IMG/VR virus record: IMGVR_UViG_2529292718_000007
DNA length: 49,349 nucleotides
Source: a virus
Taxonomy: Duplodnaviria; Heunggongvirae; Uroviricota; Caudoviricetes
Direction: 5' to 3' (one strand)
In this document: positions 37,823-47,259 of the stretch, piece by piece
How the letters are laid out: every line of letters begins with the position of its first letter
Position numbering within the stretch: position 1 is the stretch's first letter
Translations under genes and position numbers: made by a program
The notes under the pieces: model-generated
What the model was told of the DNA's origin: nothing
What the model saw: the letters and a program-made list of their open reading frames with translations, nothing else
Database searches by the model: none

Positions 37823-37898
37823 GGCCCCTTAGCTCAGTGGTTAGAGCAGGCGACTCATAATCGCACGGTCATCGGTTCAAATCCGGTAGGGGCCACCA
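37823..37898 (+). tRNA. tRNA with CAU anticodon (Met or lysidine-type Ile2)
   Basis: 76 nt cloverleaf: acceptor GGCCCCT/AGGGGCC, D-stem GCTC/GAGC, anticodon loop CTCATAA, T-arm ATCGG-TTCAAAT-CCGGT, 3' ACCA. Confidence 0.85.
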
Positions 37899-38206
37899 AT
37901 TCACTCTCACACATAAAGATAAGCGCGGTGGAGTTACTTCCTTCGTGCTCATCTTTATGCGTGCCTGGTGCGCATTTCGGGCGAACGTGGGGCTAAGTTA
38001 CAGGCAGGGCCTGTTATCCGCAAAGGGGTAAAAGCTGGAGCGGCACGGAACTGTAGCCGTGTTACCAAAACAGCGTTGTCGGGCGATATCCGGCACACAA
38101 CAGGCAAGGGCATTAATCAGTCTGGTTAGTGCCCTTTTCGTTGCGTCTGCTGTAGAGCTGGCCAGCGTTATGACTGCCGGAGATAAGCGCCGGAGGCACA
38201 ACTAAC

Positions 38207-38794
38207 ATGGAGGCAATTGCATTGTTTAATCTGATTTATGCAGATCCCCCCTGGGAATACAAAGATAAGTGTAAGGATGGGAATCGTGGAGCTGGTTTTA
38301 AGTATCCAACGATGAAAGCTGAGGATATTGCTCGTATTCCTGTCTTGCAGCTTGCTAATCCTGAATCGTGTTTGTTGGCCATGTGGTGGGTTCCGACTCA
38401 GCCAGAAGAAGCGTTGCTGGTGGTGAAAGCATGGGGATTCAGGCTTATGACCATGAAGGGCTTCACATGGAACAAATGTGGTAGCCGACAACCAGATAAG
38501 CTGGTGATGGGGATGGGGCATATGACTCGTGCAAACAGTGAAGATTGCTTGTTTGCGGTAAAAGGCAAATTGCCGACCCGCCTTGATGCGGGGATCATTC
38601 AGTCGTTTACATCGCCTCGTCTGGAGCATTCTCGGAAGCCTGATGTGGTTCGTGACAAGCTGGTAAGGCTGTTAGGTGATGTTCCTCGTATTGAGCTGTT
38701 TGCTCGCGGTGATTTACCTGATGGTTGGCATGGCTGGGGCAACCAGTGCAATGGAGGTATCCAGTTGCATGATGCTCTCTGGCAAGTGGTATAG
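38207..38794 (+). CDS. DNA N6-adenine methyltransferase (MT-A70 family)
   Basis: 195 aa; hallmark DPPW motif (LIYADPPWEY). Confidence 0.8.
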   Translation: MEAIALFNLIYADPPWEYKDKCKDGNRGAGFKYPTMKAEDIARIPVLQLANPESCLLAMWWVPTQPEEALLVVKAWGFRLMTMKGFTWNKCGSRQPDKLVMGMGHMTRANSEDCLFAVKGKLPTRLDAGIIQSFTSPRLEHSRKPDVVRDKLVRLLGDVPRIELFARGDLPDGWHGWGNQCNGGIQLHDALWQVV

Positions 38795-38906
38795 AATTAT
38801 ATAATTATAGATTTATATAAAAAGTGCTTTACAGGTGGGAAAAAATTTCCTATGGTTATACCCGAAACCGAGCGATACCCGCCCTGGTTAAACCGGAGAT
38901 AACCCG
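38793..38906 (+). promoter_or_regulatory. Conserved promoter-leader module, copy 3 of 3
   Basis: TTTACA at 38828-38833; identical leader and SD before ATG 38907. Confidence 0.6.
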
Positions 38907-39176
38907 ATGAAAGTACAAGACCGTGAAGTAGTAAAAAACCTCCTGCAATACCTGACCTCAAAAAACCTGACTGGCAGCGTTGAGTTCCGTGAAGCGTTAA
39001 AACATTTCAACGTCACTACGGTTTATCGTTGGGAAAACAAACATTCTGAAAGACCGTATGTGGTGGATGTTTTTGCGCCTGATATTGAGTGCGGTTTTGA
39101 GCGTCATTCGTTCAAGGAGAAACATTCTGCTGATTTTTTTTGTGAGGTTGTATGTGCGGCAGGAGATGATGAGTGA
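38907..39176 (+). CDS. Hypothetical protein (first gene of module 3)
   Basis: 89 aa ORF with SD. Confidence 0.5.
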   Translation: MKVQDREVVKNLLQYLTSKNLTGSVEFREALKHFNVTTVYRWENKHSERPYVVDVFAPDIECGFERHSFKEKHSADFFCEVVCAAGDDE

Positions 39177-39373
39177 TGCGTATTTCCTTCAAACGTGCGA
39201 CTGAGCAGCAACGCAAAGAGTTCCTGGCTGATGATGTAGCGGCCGTTTATGACCTCATGAAAGAGGTTGTGGAATCAGGGAACTACACGGCGGCAAAGAT
39301 GCTTAAACTGCAATTCTTGCTGGGCGACCTGAAATACAAATCCGAAGTTGTCGCCGGACGACGCGAGCATTAA
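39173..39373 (+). CDS. Hypothetical protein
   Basis: 66 aa; ATGA overlap. Confidence 0.45.
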   Translation: MMRISFKRATEQQRKEFLADDVAAVYDLMKEVVESGNYTAAKMLKLQFLLGDLKYKSEVVAGRREH

Positions 39374-39396
39374 ACCGTAACGATAACGAACAACGA

Positions 39397-39422
39397 GCCT
39401 CGGCAATTGCCGGGGCTTTTTT
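39397..39422 (+). terminator. Rho-independent terminator
   Basis: GCCTCGGCAattGCCGGGGC followed by TTTTTT. Confidence 0.65.
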
Positions 39423-39447
39423 ACATCCAGACAAAGGAGAACATGGG

Positions 39448-39903
39448 ATGCCTTCGACAAGCACCAAAAAAGAAATGGCGGTTAGTGATGTGCTTTACGC
39501 GCTTTCGACTATATGTGACGGAGCAATGATGAGGATGAAAGTCCTCCATGAAGCATACGGAAAAAGTCACGATGAGGCAGCTAAAGAATGCCTGAATGAG
39601 ATTGTGGACTTCATTGATAGCCATCGGTCGCTGATAGCTCTCGATACCCAGCCGCAAGCCGAAGAATGCCAGAAGCGCGAGTATAAAACGATATATGGGA
39701 ATAAGTTCTTCTGTCTAAGCGAGTTGGCTGCAAAGGTGGCCGACATTCTGGAGAACAACGGCGGTCGAATGCGTCAGGTTAGCTATCTGGCTGAATATGA
39801 ATCTCTAATCATGTTAGTTGATCATTTAGTTGATACAGGAGCTTTACAGCTCAACTGCCTAAGGCTATCTGGTCACCCGATAAAAATGAATGGAAGGATA
39901 TAA
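39448..39903 (+). CDS. Hypothetical protein
   Basis: 151 aa ORF. Confidence 0.5.
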   Translation: MPSTSTKKEMAVSDVLYALSTICDGAMMRMKVLHEAYGKSHDEAAKECLNEIVDFIDSHRSLIALDTQPQAEECQKREYKTIYGNKFFCLSELAAKVADILENNGGRMRQVSYLAEYESLIMLVDHLVDTGALQLNCLRLSGHPIKMNGRI

Positions 39904-39905
39904 CC

Positions 39906-40112
39906 GTGGACTTGCCGAGTGATTTGTTCTGGTTTCCGCTTCCAATAAGAGATTTGTTGGTATTTCTGGCTGGCGCTTACGTCTGGAGAAAAGCGAAGGA
40001 CACCTCGTTATCTTTGAGGTTTGTCTTAGCTATATCGGTAGGAACCGCGCTGGGAACGGCGTATCTCTTGATATTACTGGAGATATTCATTGAAGAATGG
40101 ATAGTTTCATGA
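39906..40112 (+). CDS. Small membrane protein
   Basis: 68 aa, GTG start; two hydrophobic segments. Confidence 0.4.
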   Translation: MDLPSDLFWFPLPIRDLLVFLAGAYVWRKAKDTSLSLRFVLAISVGTALGTAYLLILLEIFIEEWIVS

Positions 40113-40261
40113 ATGGTGTTGGCATTTTTCTGATGGTTGTGGCCGTGTGTTTTTGTATCTCGCTGGTGGTTATCGCTGGTGTCCTGTGGCGCATCTTAGT
40201 GGCGCAGAGAGCTTTTCGGCGTAAGCGGGAGCAATTGCGCCTTGATTTCTATCGAAAGTAA
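40109..40261 (+). CDS. Small membrane protein (50 aa)
   Basis: Below track cutoff; ATGA overlap; hydrophobic core then basic C-terminus; followed by terminator. Confidence 0.3.
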   Translation: MNGVGIFLMVVAVCFCISLVVIAGVLWRILVAQRAFRRKREQLRLDFYRK

Positions 40262-40270
40262 CTCTTACAG

Positions 40271-40297
40271 CCTCGCGGTGTCGCGGGGCTTTTTATT
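40271..40297 (+). terminator. Rho-independent terminator
   Basis: CCTCGCGgtgtCGCGGGG followed by CTTTTTATTTT. Confidence 0.6.
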
Positions 40298-40310
40298 TTC
40301 AGGTGATGTT

Positions 40311-40721
40311 ATGGAAAAGAAAGAAGATAAACCGATTGCCATTGGTGCAGATGCTGTTCCGTTTAAGTTTGAATTATCCCAACTGGTAACAATGCGTATC
40401 AGTGACGAATGGGGAGAAGTTAAAGCCCGTGCTCAGTATGCAAATGGCGAAAACCAGTATCTGATTCACTATCAGGCGGCTGATGGCCGTGCTACCACAG
40501 AGTGGTTCGGTGAGTCGATGCTGATTGCGATGGAGGATAAACGTCATCCTGGCTGCCCTGTTTTTGCCTGTATTGATTTGCCAGAAGGCGCGGTACTTGA
40601 AGACGACAAAGAAGAATGGTCGCCTGATGGCGAACTTGTCATTACCGGAATCGTGGATGGTAAGCAGGAATATTCCCGTATTGAGGTAAATAACGGCCAC
40701 ATCTGTTTGATCCCTGCGTAA
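40311..40721 (+). CDS. Hypothetical acidic protein
   Basis: Track ORF 40242..40721 spans the terminator; ATG 40311 has AGGTGA SD. Confidence 0.5.
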   Translation: MEKKEDKPIAIGADAVPFKFELSQLVTMRISDEWGEVKARAQYANGENQYLIHYQAADGRATTEWFGESMLIAMEDKRHPGCPVFACIDLPEGAVLEDDKEEWSPDGELVITGIVDGKQEYSRIEVNNGHICLIPA

Positions 40722-40955
40722 CGCATTACAGCAGCTCTTGTGCTTATCAGGGGCTGCGATAATGCGCAAACCAAAGCTGCCTCATTAACTCCAGCTCGCT
40801 GTGGAGTTAATGCTGGTGGCTTTTTTATTACTGGAAGGTGGGCGACCGCCGTCAGTTGCGACCTGACGACAGTCATTCATACCCACAGGGTGCCGTGGAT
40901 ACAAACCGAGGCCCACTTGCTTGCACAAGCGAGGGGATTTTAGCGGATAAACGGC

Positions 40956-41579
40956 ATGACAAAACATCTTAATGTGGTTTCTTTACCACTTTCTGTGTTG
41001 ATTGGTTATGAAAAGAACGCTCGCACACACTCCGTGGAGCAGGTAGATCAGATTGTTGCCAGCATACAGGAGTACGGATGGACTAATCCGATCCTGATAG
41101 ACGAGAACAACGTTGTAATTGCTGGTCATGGTCGAATTGCTGCGGCCACTCAGTTGGGGATGGATGACGTTCCCTGCATTGTTCTGGAAGGGCTAACGGA
41201 GAATCAGAAGAAGGCATATCGTCTGGCCGACAACCGTATTCCGCTGAATGCTGGTTGGGATGAAGAGCTGTTAAGCGCGGAGCTTGCAGATCTTGCGGCC
41301 GATGATTTTGCTCTGGACTCAATTGGTTTTACTCAGCGCGAACTGGATAACTTATTGAGTGCGGCGGTCTACGATGACACAGAGGGTATGGATATCCCAT
41401 TTGAGAAGGATGAGGCCAAATCAGGCGTAAAAGTTCAGTACCTGTCATTTGGAGGTCATAAAATCCCGGCAACGGATGAGGAAGCGGATCGTTTTGACTG
41501 CGCGGTGTCTCGTTATGTTGATGATAATGGCAGCTATATCGGATTTGTATCCGCATTGCTGGCTGGGGAGGGGTGCTGA
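40956..41579 (+). CDS. ParB-like nuclease domain protein
   Basis: 207 aa; N-terminus parallels 44245..44835 (KNARTHSVEQVDQIVASIQEYGWTNPILIDENNVVIAGHGRIAAA). Confidence 0.7.
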   Translation: MTKHLNVVSLPLSVLIGYEKNARTHSVEQVDQIVASIQEYGWTNPILIDENNVVIAGHGRIAAATQLGMDDVPCIVLEGLTENQKKAYRLADNRIPLNAGWDEELLSAELADLAADDFALDSIGFTQRELDNLLSAAVYDDTEGMDIPFEKDEAKSGVKVQYLSFGGHKIPATDEEADRFDCAVSRYVDDNGSYIGFVSALLAGEGC

Positions 41580-42952
41580 TGCTTCACCTCAATTACGACA
41601 TAACGCACCTACGTGGCGCGGAATATAACCCGCGTTTTATCGGTGAGGATGATCTTGCGAGGCTGGCGGAAAGCGTCAGGGAGCTGGGGCTTGTGAAGCC
41701 ATTGATAGTGCGTGGCGATTTGCTGGTGGCGGGACACCAAAGGACGAAGGCGCTACGTAAGTTGGGAATAACGCGTGCTGCGGTGTATGTGTTGCCCTGT
41801 GAAACGACGGTATACGACGAAGTACGGTTTAACCAACTGCATAACGGAACGGATTTTGATAGCGGAGATGAGCGTTGCAGGGTGTCCGGTCTGGAAGATA
41901 AGCATGGTTTTGTTCAGGTATCGGCAAGCCAGATCTCAGGCAATATGCGCGCGAAAATGGCATATGTTCGAAAGAACATAGCGGAACTGGTTATCAAGTA
42001 TGGTCCGTGGGGTGGTTGTGTTGCTACTCAGTCTGGCGAGGTTATTCACTGTGCTCAGTATGCATTAGCAGCGAAGATGACGCGCACACCGCTAACGGTG
42101 TTTGTGATCCCTGATGTTGAGAAGGGAAAATACCAAAGTTATCTGAATAAAACTTATGGTGTATTTGAGTATTCTCATCTGGAGAAAACAACATACATCC
42201 AGACGTATGCGCAGCTTATGCGGTTGCGTAATGGTGGCAGCCTGAAATCAAACCTGTATGAGTCGTTGATCCTCCCGATCATCGCCAAGACGCCAAGAGG
42301 AATTGATTTTGGTTCGGGGCAGGGAGACTACGCGCGAATGCTCAGGGCAAAGGGATATAACCTGCATGATCTCGAGCTTTTCCGCCGTAAGGGCGCTGGA
42401 AACACTCTGGATAGGACCGCAACAAACCGGATGATTGATACGCTGGTGGACGACTTAAAAACGCGAGGGCGTTACGACTACGTGATTTGCGATAGCGTTT
42501 TGAACTCGGTCGATAGTGTCGAGGCTGAATGGTCCGTTCTGACGGTTCTGAAAGGCCTGTGTAAAGCTGGTGGGTCAATATTCTTTTCTGGTCGTAGCCG
42601 TGGAGAGCTGGAAACAGTCCTGAAGCAAACACAAGCGGCGAGTTCCAAAAGCCGGCTTTATTTTATTGATCATAACGGTTTTACCGCGTTGTACCGGAAG
42701 GGGCACTGGTTTTACCAGAAGTTTCACTCTGATGATGAAGTGAAGCAGTTGTGTCGTGTACATGGTTTCAGGATTAAGCGGTCAATATTCAACTGTAAGA
42801 GCTGGTATTTGCACGTCATTAACGATGATTCCCTTAGTTGGGCGAGTCTGGAGAAAGCTGTTCGTTTTGAGTTTGAGTTGCCGTTGCCTGGTGGTTCAAC
42901 AATCGGACGATCTGATGATGTGCTGGCGGCTTTCCGGCCGTTGATTAAGTAG
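41573..42952 (+). CDS. ParB-like N-terminal domain fused to a class I SAM-dependent methyltransferase-like domain
   Basis: 459 aa; N-terminal ParB-like motif (LIVRGDLLVAGHQRTKAL); C-terminal SAM motif I IDFGSGQGDYA with downstream acidic residue and YVICDSVLN motif; no DPPY/DPPW motif. Confidence 0.55.
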   Translation: MLMLHLNYDITHLRGAEYNPRFIGEDDLARLAESVRELGLVKPLIVRGDLLVAGHQRTKALRKLGITRAAVYVLPCETTVYDEVRFNQLHNGTDFDSGDERCRVSGLEDKHGFVQVSASQISGNMRAKMAYVRKNIAELVIKYGPWGGCVATQSGEVIHCAQYALAAKMTRTPLTVFVIPDVEKGKYQSYLNKTYGVFEYSHLEKTTYIQTYAQLMRLRNGGSLKSNLYESLILPIIAKTPRGIDFGSGQGDYARMLRAKGYNLHDLELFRRKGAGNTLDRTATNRMIDTLVDDLKTRGRYDYVICDSVLNSVDSVEAEWSVLTVLKGLCKAGGSIFFSGRSRGELETVLKQTQAASSKSRLYFIDHNGFTALYRKGHWFYQKFHSDDEVKQLCRVHGFRIKRSIFNCKSWYLHVINDDSLSWASLEKAVRFEFELPLPGGSTIGRSDDVLAAFRPLIK

Positions 42953-42968
42953 TGTGTAGGAGGCGCTG

Positions 42969-43688
42969 GTGGCTGACAGAATTGAGATAAAGATGGATTT
43001 TTCTTCTCAGGATATTCAACGACAACTCCAGCGCCTTGAAGAACGCGAATTGCCGTTCGCAATGGCGCTTGCGGCAACCAGAACGGCAAAGGCTTCTCAG
43101 GCTGCGATTAAGAATGAAATTAATCGGGTATTTGACAGGCCCACGCCGTGGATTCAGAACTCTACTTACGTTTTGGCCGCAAAGAAGAGTGATCCTACAG
43201 CCATTGTGTATGCTCGTGAATGGGGAGGAACGCCAGCCCCTGTAACGTTGACTCCGCAAATCGAAGGTGGACAACGACAGTACAAACGCTCAGAAGGGGC
43301 GCTAAGGGCTGGTGGATATTTGCCTAACGGCTGGCAGCTTGCTCCTGGTCCCGGCGCAAAGCTGGACAAATACGGGAATATTTCGCGGGGGCAATTACAG
43401 CAGGTCTTATCTGGCCTAAGAGTTCAGCGAGATGCGCATCAAAATCGCCGTCAGGGCAAGCCTACGGAGTTTTTTGTTGTTCGACCTGGTACAAGTAACC
43501 CGCTTCAACCAGGCGTCTGGCAGCGCGTTGGGCGGCGTCCTACGTTGATCCTTACGTTTATCCAGCAACCTAACTATTCGCAGCGTCTTGATTGGCATGG
43601 CGTGGCGCTGCGTGCTGGTGAGGATGCGTTTGCTGATGAAGTCACAAAGGCTATTGATGACATTCTTTCTAAGACTTTCTCTCGTTAA
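42969..43688 (+). CDS. Hypothetical protein
   Basis: 239 aa ORF; no family recognised. Confidence 0.5.
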   Translation: MADRIEIKMDFSSQDIQRQLQRLEERELPFAMALAATRTAKASQAAIKNEINRVFDRPTPWIQNSTYVLAAKKSDPTAIVYAREWGGTPAPVTLTPQIEGGQRQYKRSEGALRAGGYLPNGWQLAPGPGAKLDKYGNISRGQLQQVLSGLRVQRDAHQNRRQGKPTEFFVVRPGTSNPLQPGVWQRVGRRPTLILTFIQQPNYSQRLDWHGVALRAGEDAFADEVTKAIDDILSKTFSR

Positions 43689-44244
43689 TCATCGTGTGGT
43701 TGATGGTGTTGTTATGCAGAGTGTATTCACTGTGTTCTGTAGCGTCGCTCGCTGGCTGTCTGTGGGGGAGCACGAGCATCGTTTCATCGTCCGGCAGAAT
43801 TGGGTCCTTCTGGCCAAAAGCGTTGGATGCGGGTCATTCGAACCCCGATATTCGGCTAGCTAAACGTGAAAAAAGTTAGGTTAAAAGTTGCGGTAAAAGA
43901 AATTTACTCATCTCATTGAAAAATATCGGGAAAACGTGATTTTTTCTGTATTTGTACTGGTAAAAAGAAAGTGGAAAATTTTCTTTTAGATCATCAAGAT
44001 ACGCGCAGATCTTTAACCAATGTGATGTTGTTCTGATAAAAATCGTTATAAATCATGCAAATACATCCAATCTTTTAACCAAAACACCATCGCAAGATCC
44101 TTTTTACTTATAAAAACTTAATAAAATCAGATAATTATGCTGGTTTGTGTGATTTTTTATGAGTAAAAAGATCGTCATTTTTCTCTTTTAGTATCAATAA
44201 GTTAAACAGTTTTCTTTAACCTGTTGTGTTATGGCGGTTAAAAA
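43689..44244. promoter_or_regulatory. AT-rich intergenic region upstream of packaging/structural operon (candidate late promoter and packaging-site region)
   Basis: About 550 bp without convincing ORFs; three TCTTT(T)AACC repeats (44010-44018, 44071-44080, 44213-44221) and four GATC sites within about 185 bp. Confidence 0.4.
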
Positions 44245-44835
44245 ATGGCTCTAAAAATCGAATATTTACCAGTCGGTAAGTTGCTCAGATATGCCAAAAA
44301 TTCACGGACTCATTCAGATGAGCAAGTTGAACAGTTGGTGAACAGTATCCGTGAGTTCGGTTTCACTAATCCTGTGCTGATCGATGAAAAGAATGAACTG
44401 ATTGCGGGGCATGGGCGGCTTGCAGCAGCCGAAATTCTGGAAATGGATAAAGTTCCGGCGATTCGGTTGAGTAACCTTTCTGAAAAACAGAAGAAGGCTT
44501 ACAGGATTGCAGATAACAAGCTGGCCTTAAATGCTGGCTGGGATATGCAGCTTCTGGCCGAAGAAGTCAAAGAGTTAATGGATGATGATTTTGATATTGA
44601 TCTGCTTGGGTTTAATGATGCAGAGCTTGACGAAATGTTAAGCGATGAACAGCCGCAGGAAGAAGACGATAATTCTTCCCCTGTTGTTCAAATTAAGTAC
44701 CTGGCTATTGATAAAGAACGTATTCCCGCGACGGATATGGAAATTGCATTGTTGCTGGATGTTTATCGTCAGTACCACGACGCGCATGAAACGCATGAGG
44801 GATTTGTTCAGTATCTTGCTAATGGTTGCAAGTAA
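44245..44835 (+). CDS. ParB-like nuclease domain protein, immediately upstream of terminase genes
   Basis: 196 aa; N-terminal ParB/Srx-type motifs (KNSRTHSDEQVEQL, LIAGHGRLAAA); paralog of 40956..41579; stop overlaps terS start. Confidence 0.7.
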   Translation: MALKIEYLPVGKLLRYAKNSRTHSDEQVEQLVNSIREFGFTNPVLIDEKNELIAGHGRLAAAEILEMDKVPAIRLSNLSEKQKKAYRIADNKLALNAGWDMQLLAEEVKELMDDDFDIDLLGFNDAELDEMLSDEQPQEEDDNSSPVVQIKYLAIDKERIPATDMEIALLLDVYRQYHDAHETHEGFVQYLANGCK

Positions 44836-45386
44836 TGGCCATCGTCAGTAAGTCAGAGTTTGCCCGCCGGAAAGGTATTTCTCCGGCAATGGTTACGAAG
44901 CTCTGTCGTTCCGGTCGCATTCCAGTGCTGAAAAGCGGCAAGCTGGATTTTGATAAAGCCAGTGCGGCTTATGAAGCGAGCCGACAGGTTGGTCGTGAGG
45001 TATCTGCTGAAAATGGAAAAAGAGGGCATGGGATATCTTCGGAACAACCAGAGTTACCCGCTGATGATGCCGGATTAGCTGGTGGTACTTCCGGTGTTGC
45101 GGTGCAATTCAACAAGGCTAAGACCGCAGAAAAAATTTATCAGGCAAAGCTGAAACGCCTTGAATTTGAAGAAAAGGAAGGCTCTCTCATCGCTAAAGAT
45201 GCGGTCAGGGATGATGCATTTCTGGCAGCTAATGAATTGCGTAGCCGCTTATTTAGTATTGCTCCAAGAGCAGCTCCCCGTTGTGAAGGCAAAACAGCCA
45301 GGGAGATCGAGCGCATTATTGAAGACGAGATTAATTTTGCGCTTCAGGCGCTCCAGGAATCCCGATTTATTAAGCAGGAAGAATAA
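44835..45386 (+). CDS. terS: Terminase small subunit (Nu1-like, N-terminal HTH)
   Basis: Position directly before large terminase; N-terminal HTH-like segment SKSEFARRKGISPAMVTKLCRSGRIP; track ORF starts at TTG 44826, ATG 44835 preferred. Confidence 0.6.
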   Translation: MAIVSKSEFARRKGISPAMVTKLCRSGRIPVLKSGKLDFDKASAAYEASRQVGREVSAENGKRGHGISSEQPELPADDAGLAGGTSGVAVQFNKAKTAEKIYQAKLKRLEFEEKEGSLIAKDAVRDDAFLAANELRSRLFSIAPRAAPRCEGKTAREIERIIEDEINFALQALQESRFIKQEE

Positions 45387-45391
45387 ACCTC

Positions 45392-47248
45392 ATGGGCGAA
45401 ACAGTATGGAGCACCGCTTTTTTCCGTGCGCTTCGCCCTAAATCACGGCTAACTGTTTCCGAATGGGCTGATAAGTATCGTCATGTAGCGCCGGGAACGT
45501 CTCCAGAGCCAGGGCCGTGGCGTACAAGCCGAGTGCCATATTTGCGTGAACCAATGGATGTTATTGGTGACGCTGATACAGAAACAGTAGTGATGCAATG
45601 TAGCTCGCAAATTGGTAAATCCGAATTACAGCTAAATGTTATGGGTTACTTTGCAGATCAGGAGCCATCTCCTCAGTTGATGATTTATCCAACGGTAGAG
45701 GCGGCTGAGGCTTTTTCAAAAGAGCGTATTGATCCGACGTTCAAATATTCCCCTGGTTTGAAACACAAGCTGCATGAAGGGAAAGAGGGGCGCGGTGCAG
45801 CCAAAAAGTCCAGCACGACTATACGTATGAAGCATTACGCTGGTGGATATATAGCACTTGTTGGTGCTAATTCCCCAGCAGGTCTTGCATCCAGGCCAAT
45901 TCGAATACTGTTAGGTGATGAGATTGATCGTTACGGTGTGACGCAGGAGGGCGACCCACTAAAACTAGGTATTCAGCGTACTACCAACTTTCATAATCGT
46001 AAGAAAGTTTTTGTTTCTACTCCTGTTTTGGAGGAAACAAGCAAAATCCACAAGTGGTTTAAGCTCTCCGATCAGCGTTACTACCATGTTCCTTGCCCAT
46101 GTTGTGGCACCATGCAGGTGATGAAATGGTCGCAAGTCAGATGGGATAAGAGCGATTCAGGTGAGGCGTTACCGGAAACGGCCAGATATGAGTGCTGTGA
46201 GTGCGGCGGGATTATGCGCGGATCTGGTAAACCAGACGTTGATTGGTTGGCGAAGGGGGTATGGATAGCTGAACATACTGGAGTTAAAGGTATTGTTGGT
46301 TTTCATATTAACAGTCTTTACTCCCCGTGGGTTGCATTGTCAGAGCTGGTTGAAGAATTTACGGAAGCAACCAGAAACCGCGATAAAAATGGATTAATGG
46401 AGTTTATTAACCTTAAGCTGGGTGAGCCATGGAAAGAGGATGCTAAAGACGATATCGATCCTGAATACTTGTTGCAACGCAGAATAAGGTTTGAAGAGTT
46501 TTTACCAGATGATGTTTTATTGTTAAGTGCTGGTGTTGACGTACAGGACACGTATTTAGTTTGTGAATTGGTCGGTTGGGGAAAAGGTAAGGAGTCATGG
46601 GGGATAGAATATAAAATATTCCCAGGTGATCCCGCACAAGATGTTGTCTGGAAACAACTTGATGAATACTTACTCCGTAGCTGGTCATTCCGTGACGGTC
46701 GAAAATTACAGATTTCTTCCGTTTGTATTGACTCTGGTGGGCATTTTACGACAGAGGTATATCGCTTTACTAAGCCGAGAGAATCAAGGCGAATATACTC
46801 TATCAGGGGGCGTGGTGGGGTAGGTTTACCATTTATAGGAAAGCCAAGTAATAATAACCGTGTGGGTGCTATGTTGTTTAATTTGGGGGTTGATGATGGT
46901 AAAGGGACCATCATGGCAAGAATTAAACTACATGATCCTGGTCCTGGTTATATGCATTTCCCATTAGATTCTGACAGAGGATATGATACCGAATACTTTA
47001 AAGGATTATTATCAGAGAAAAAAATATTTGAATATAAAAATGGGCAGACAAAAGAAAAGTGGGTGAAAGTCTACGAGCGTAACGAGCCTCTTGATTGCCG
47101 TAACTATGCAACTGCCGCGATGGAAATTCTGAACCCTAATTTTAACTGGCTTGCCGAACAGGAAATGCGAGGTAATGTGTATGTGCAGAACTCGTCAGGT
47201 ATACGTAGAAGACGCCGTAGAGTTATAAGTAAAGGCGTAACCATATAG
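45392..47248 (+). CDS. terL: Terminase large subunit (lambda GpA family)
   Basis: 618 aa; GpA-like features (TVSEWAD, Cys-rich CPCCG...CCECGG, ICIDSGGH) and position before gpW-like and portal genes. Confidence 0.85.
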   Translation: MGETVWSTAFFRALRPKSRLTVSEWADKYRHVAPGTSPEPGPWRTSRVPYLREPMDVIGDADTETVVMQCSSQIGKSELQLNVMGYFADQEPSPQLMIYPTVEAAEAFSKERIDPTFKYSPGLKHKLHEGKEGRGAAKKSSTTIRMKHYAGGYIALVGANSPAGLASRPIRILLGDEIDRYGVTQEGDPLKLGIQRTTNFHNRKKVFVSTPVLEETSKIHKWFKLSDQRYYHVPCPCCGTMQVMKWSQVRWDKSDSGEALPETARYECCECGGIMRGSGKPDVDWLAKGVWIAEHTGVKGIVGFHINSLYSPWVALSELVEEFTEATRNRDKNGLMEFINLKLGEPWKEDAKDDIDPEYLLQRRIRFEEFLPDDVLLLSAGVDVQDTYLVCELVGWGKGKESWGIEYKIFPGDPAQDVVWKQLDEYLLRSWSFRDGRKLQISSVCIDSGGHFTTEVYRFTKPRESRRIYSIRGRGGVGLPFIGKPSNNNRVGAMLFNLGVDDGKGTIMARIKLHDPGPGYMHFPLDSDRGYDTEYFKGLLSEKKIFEYKNGQTKEKWVKVYERNEPLDCRNYATAAMEILNPNFNWLAEQEMRGNVYVQNSSGIRRRRRRVISKGVTI

Positions 47249-47259
47249 AGGAAATATAA

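Noticed and set aside
37823-37898. tRNA as a prophage integration site
   Set aside because: No integrase or direct-repeat attachment core is present; the tRNA is intact and internal to the element.
43694-43879. 61 aa ORF with a possible lipobox (LAGC) after the 42969..43688 gene
   Set aside because: GTG start without SD and no basic n-region; weak evidence, kept only as a note.
46318-46914. 198 aa minus-strand ORF inside the large terminase gene
   Set aside because: Antisense to a confidently assigned GpA-family terminase; low-complexity translation typical of spurious ORFs.
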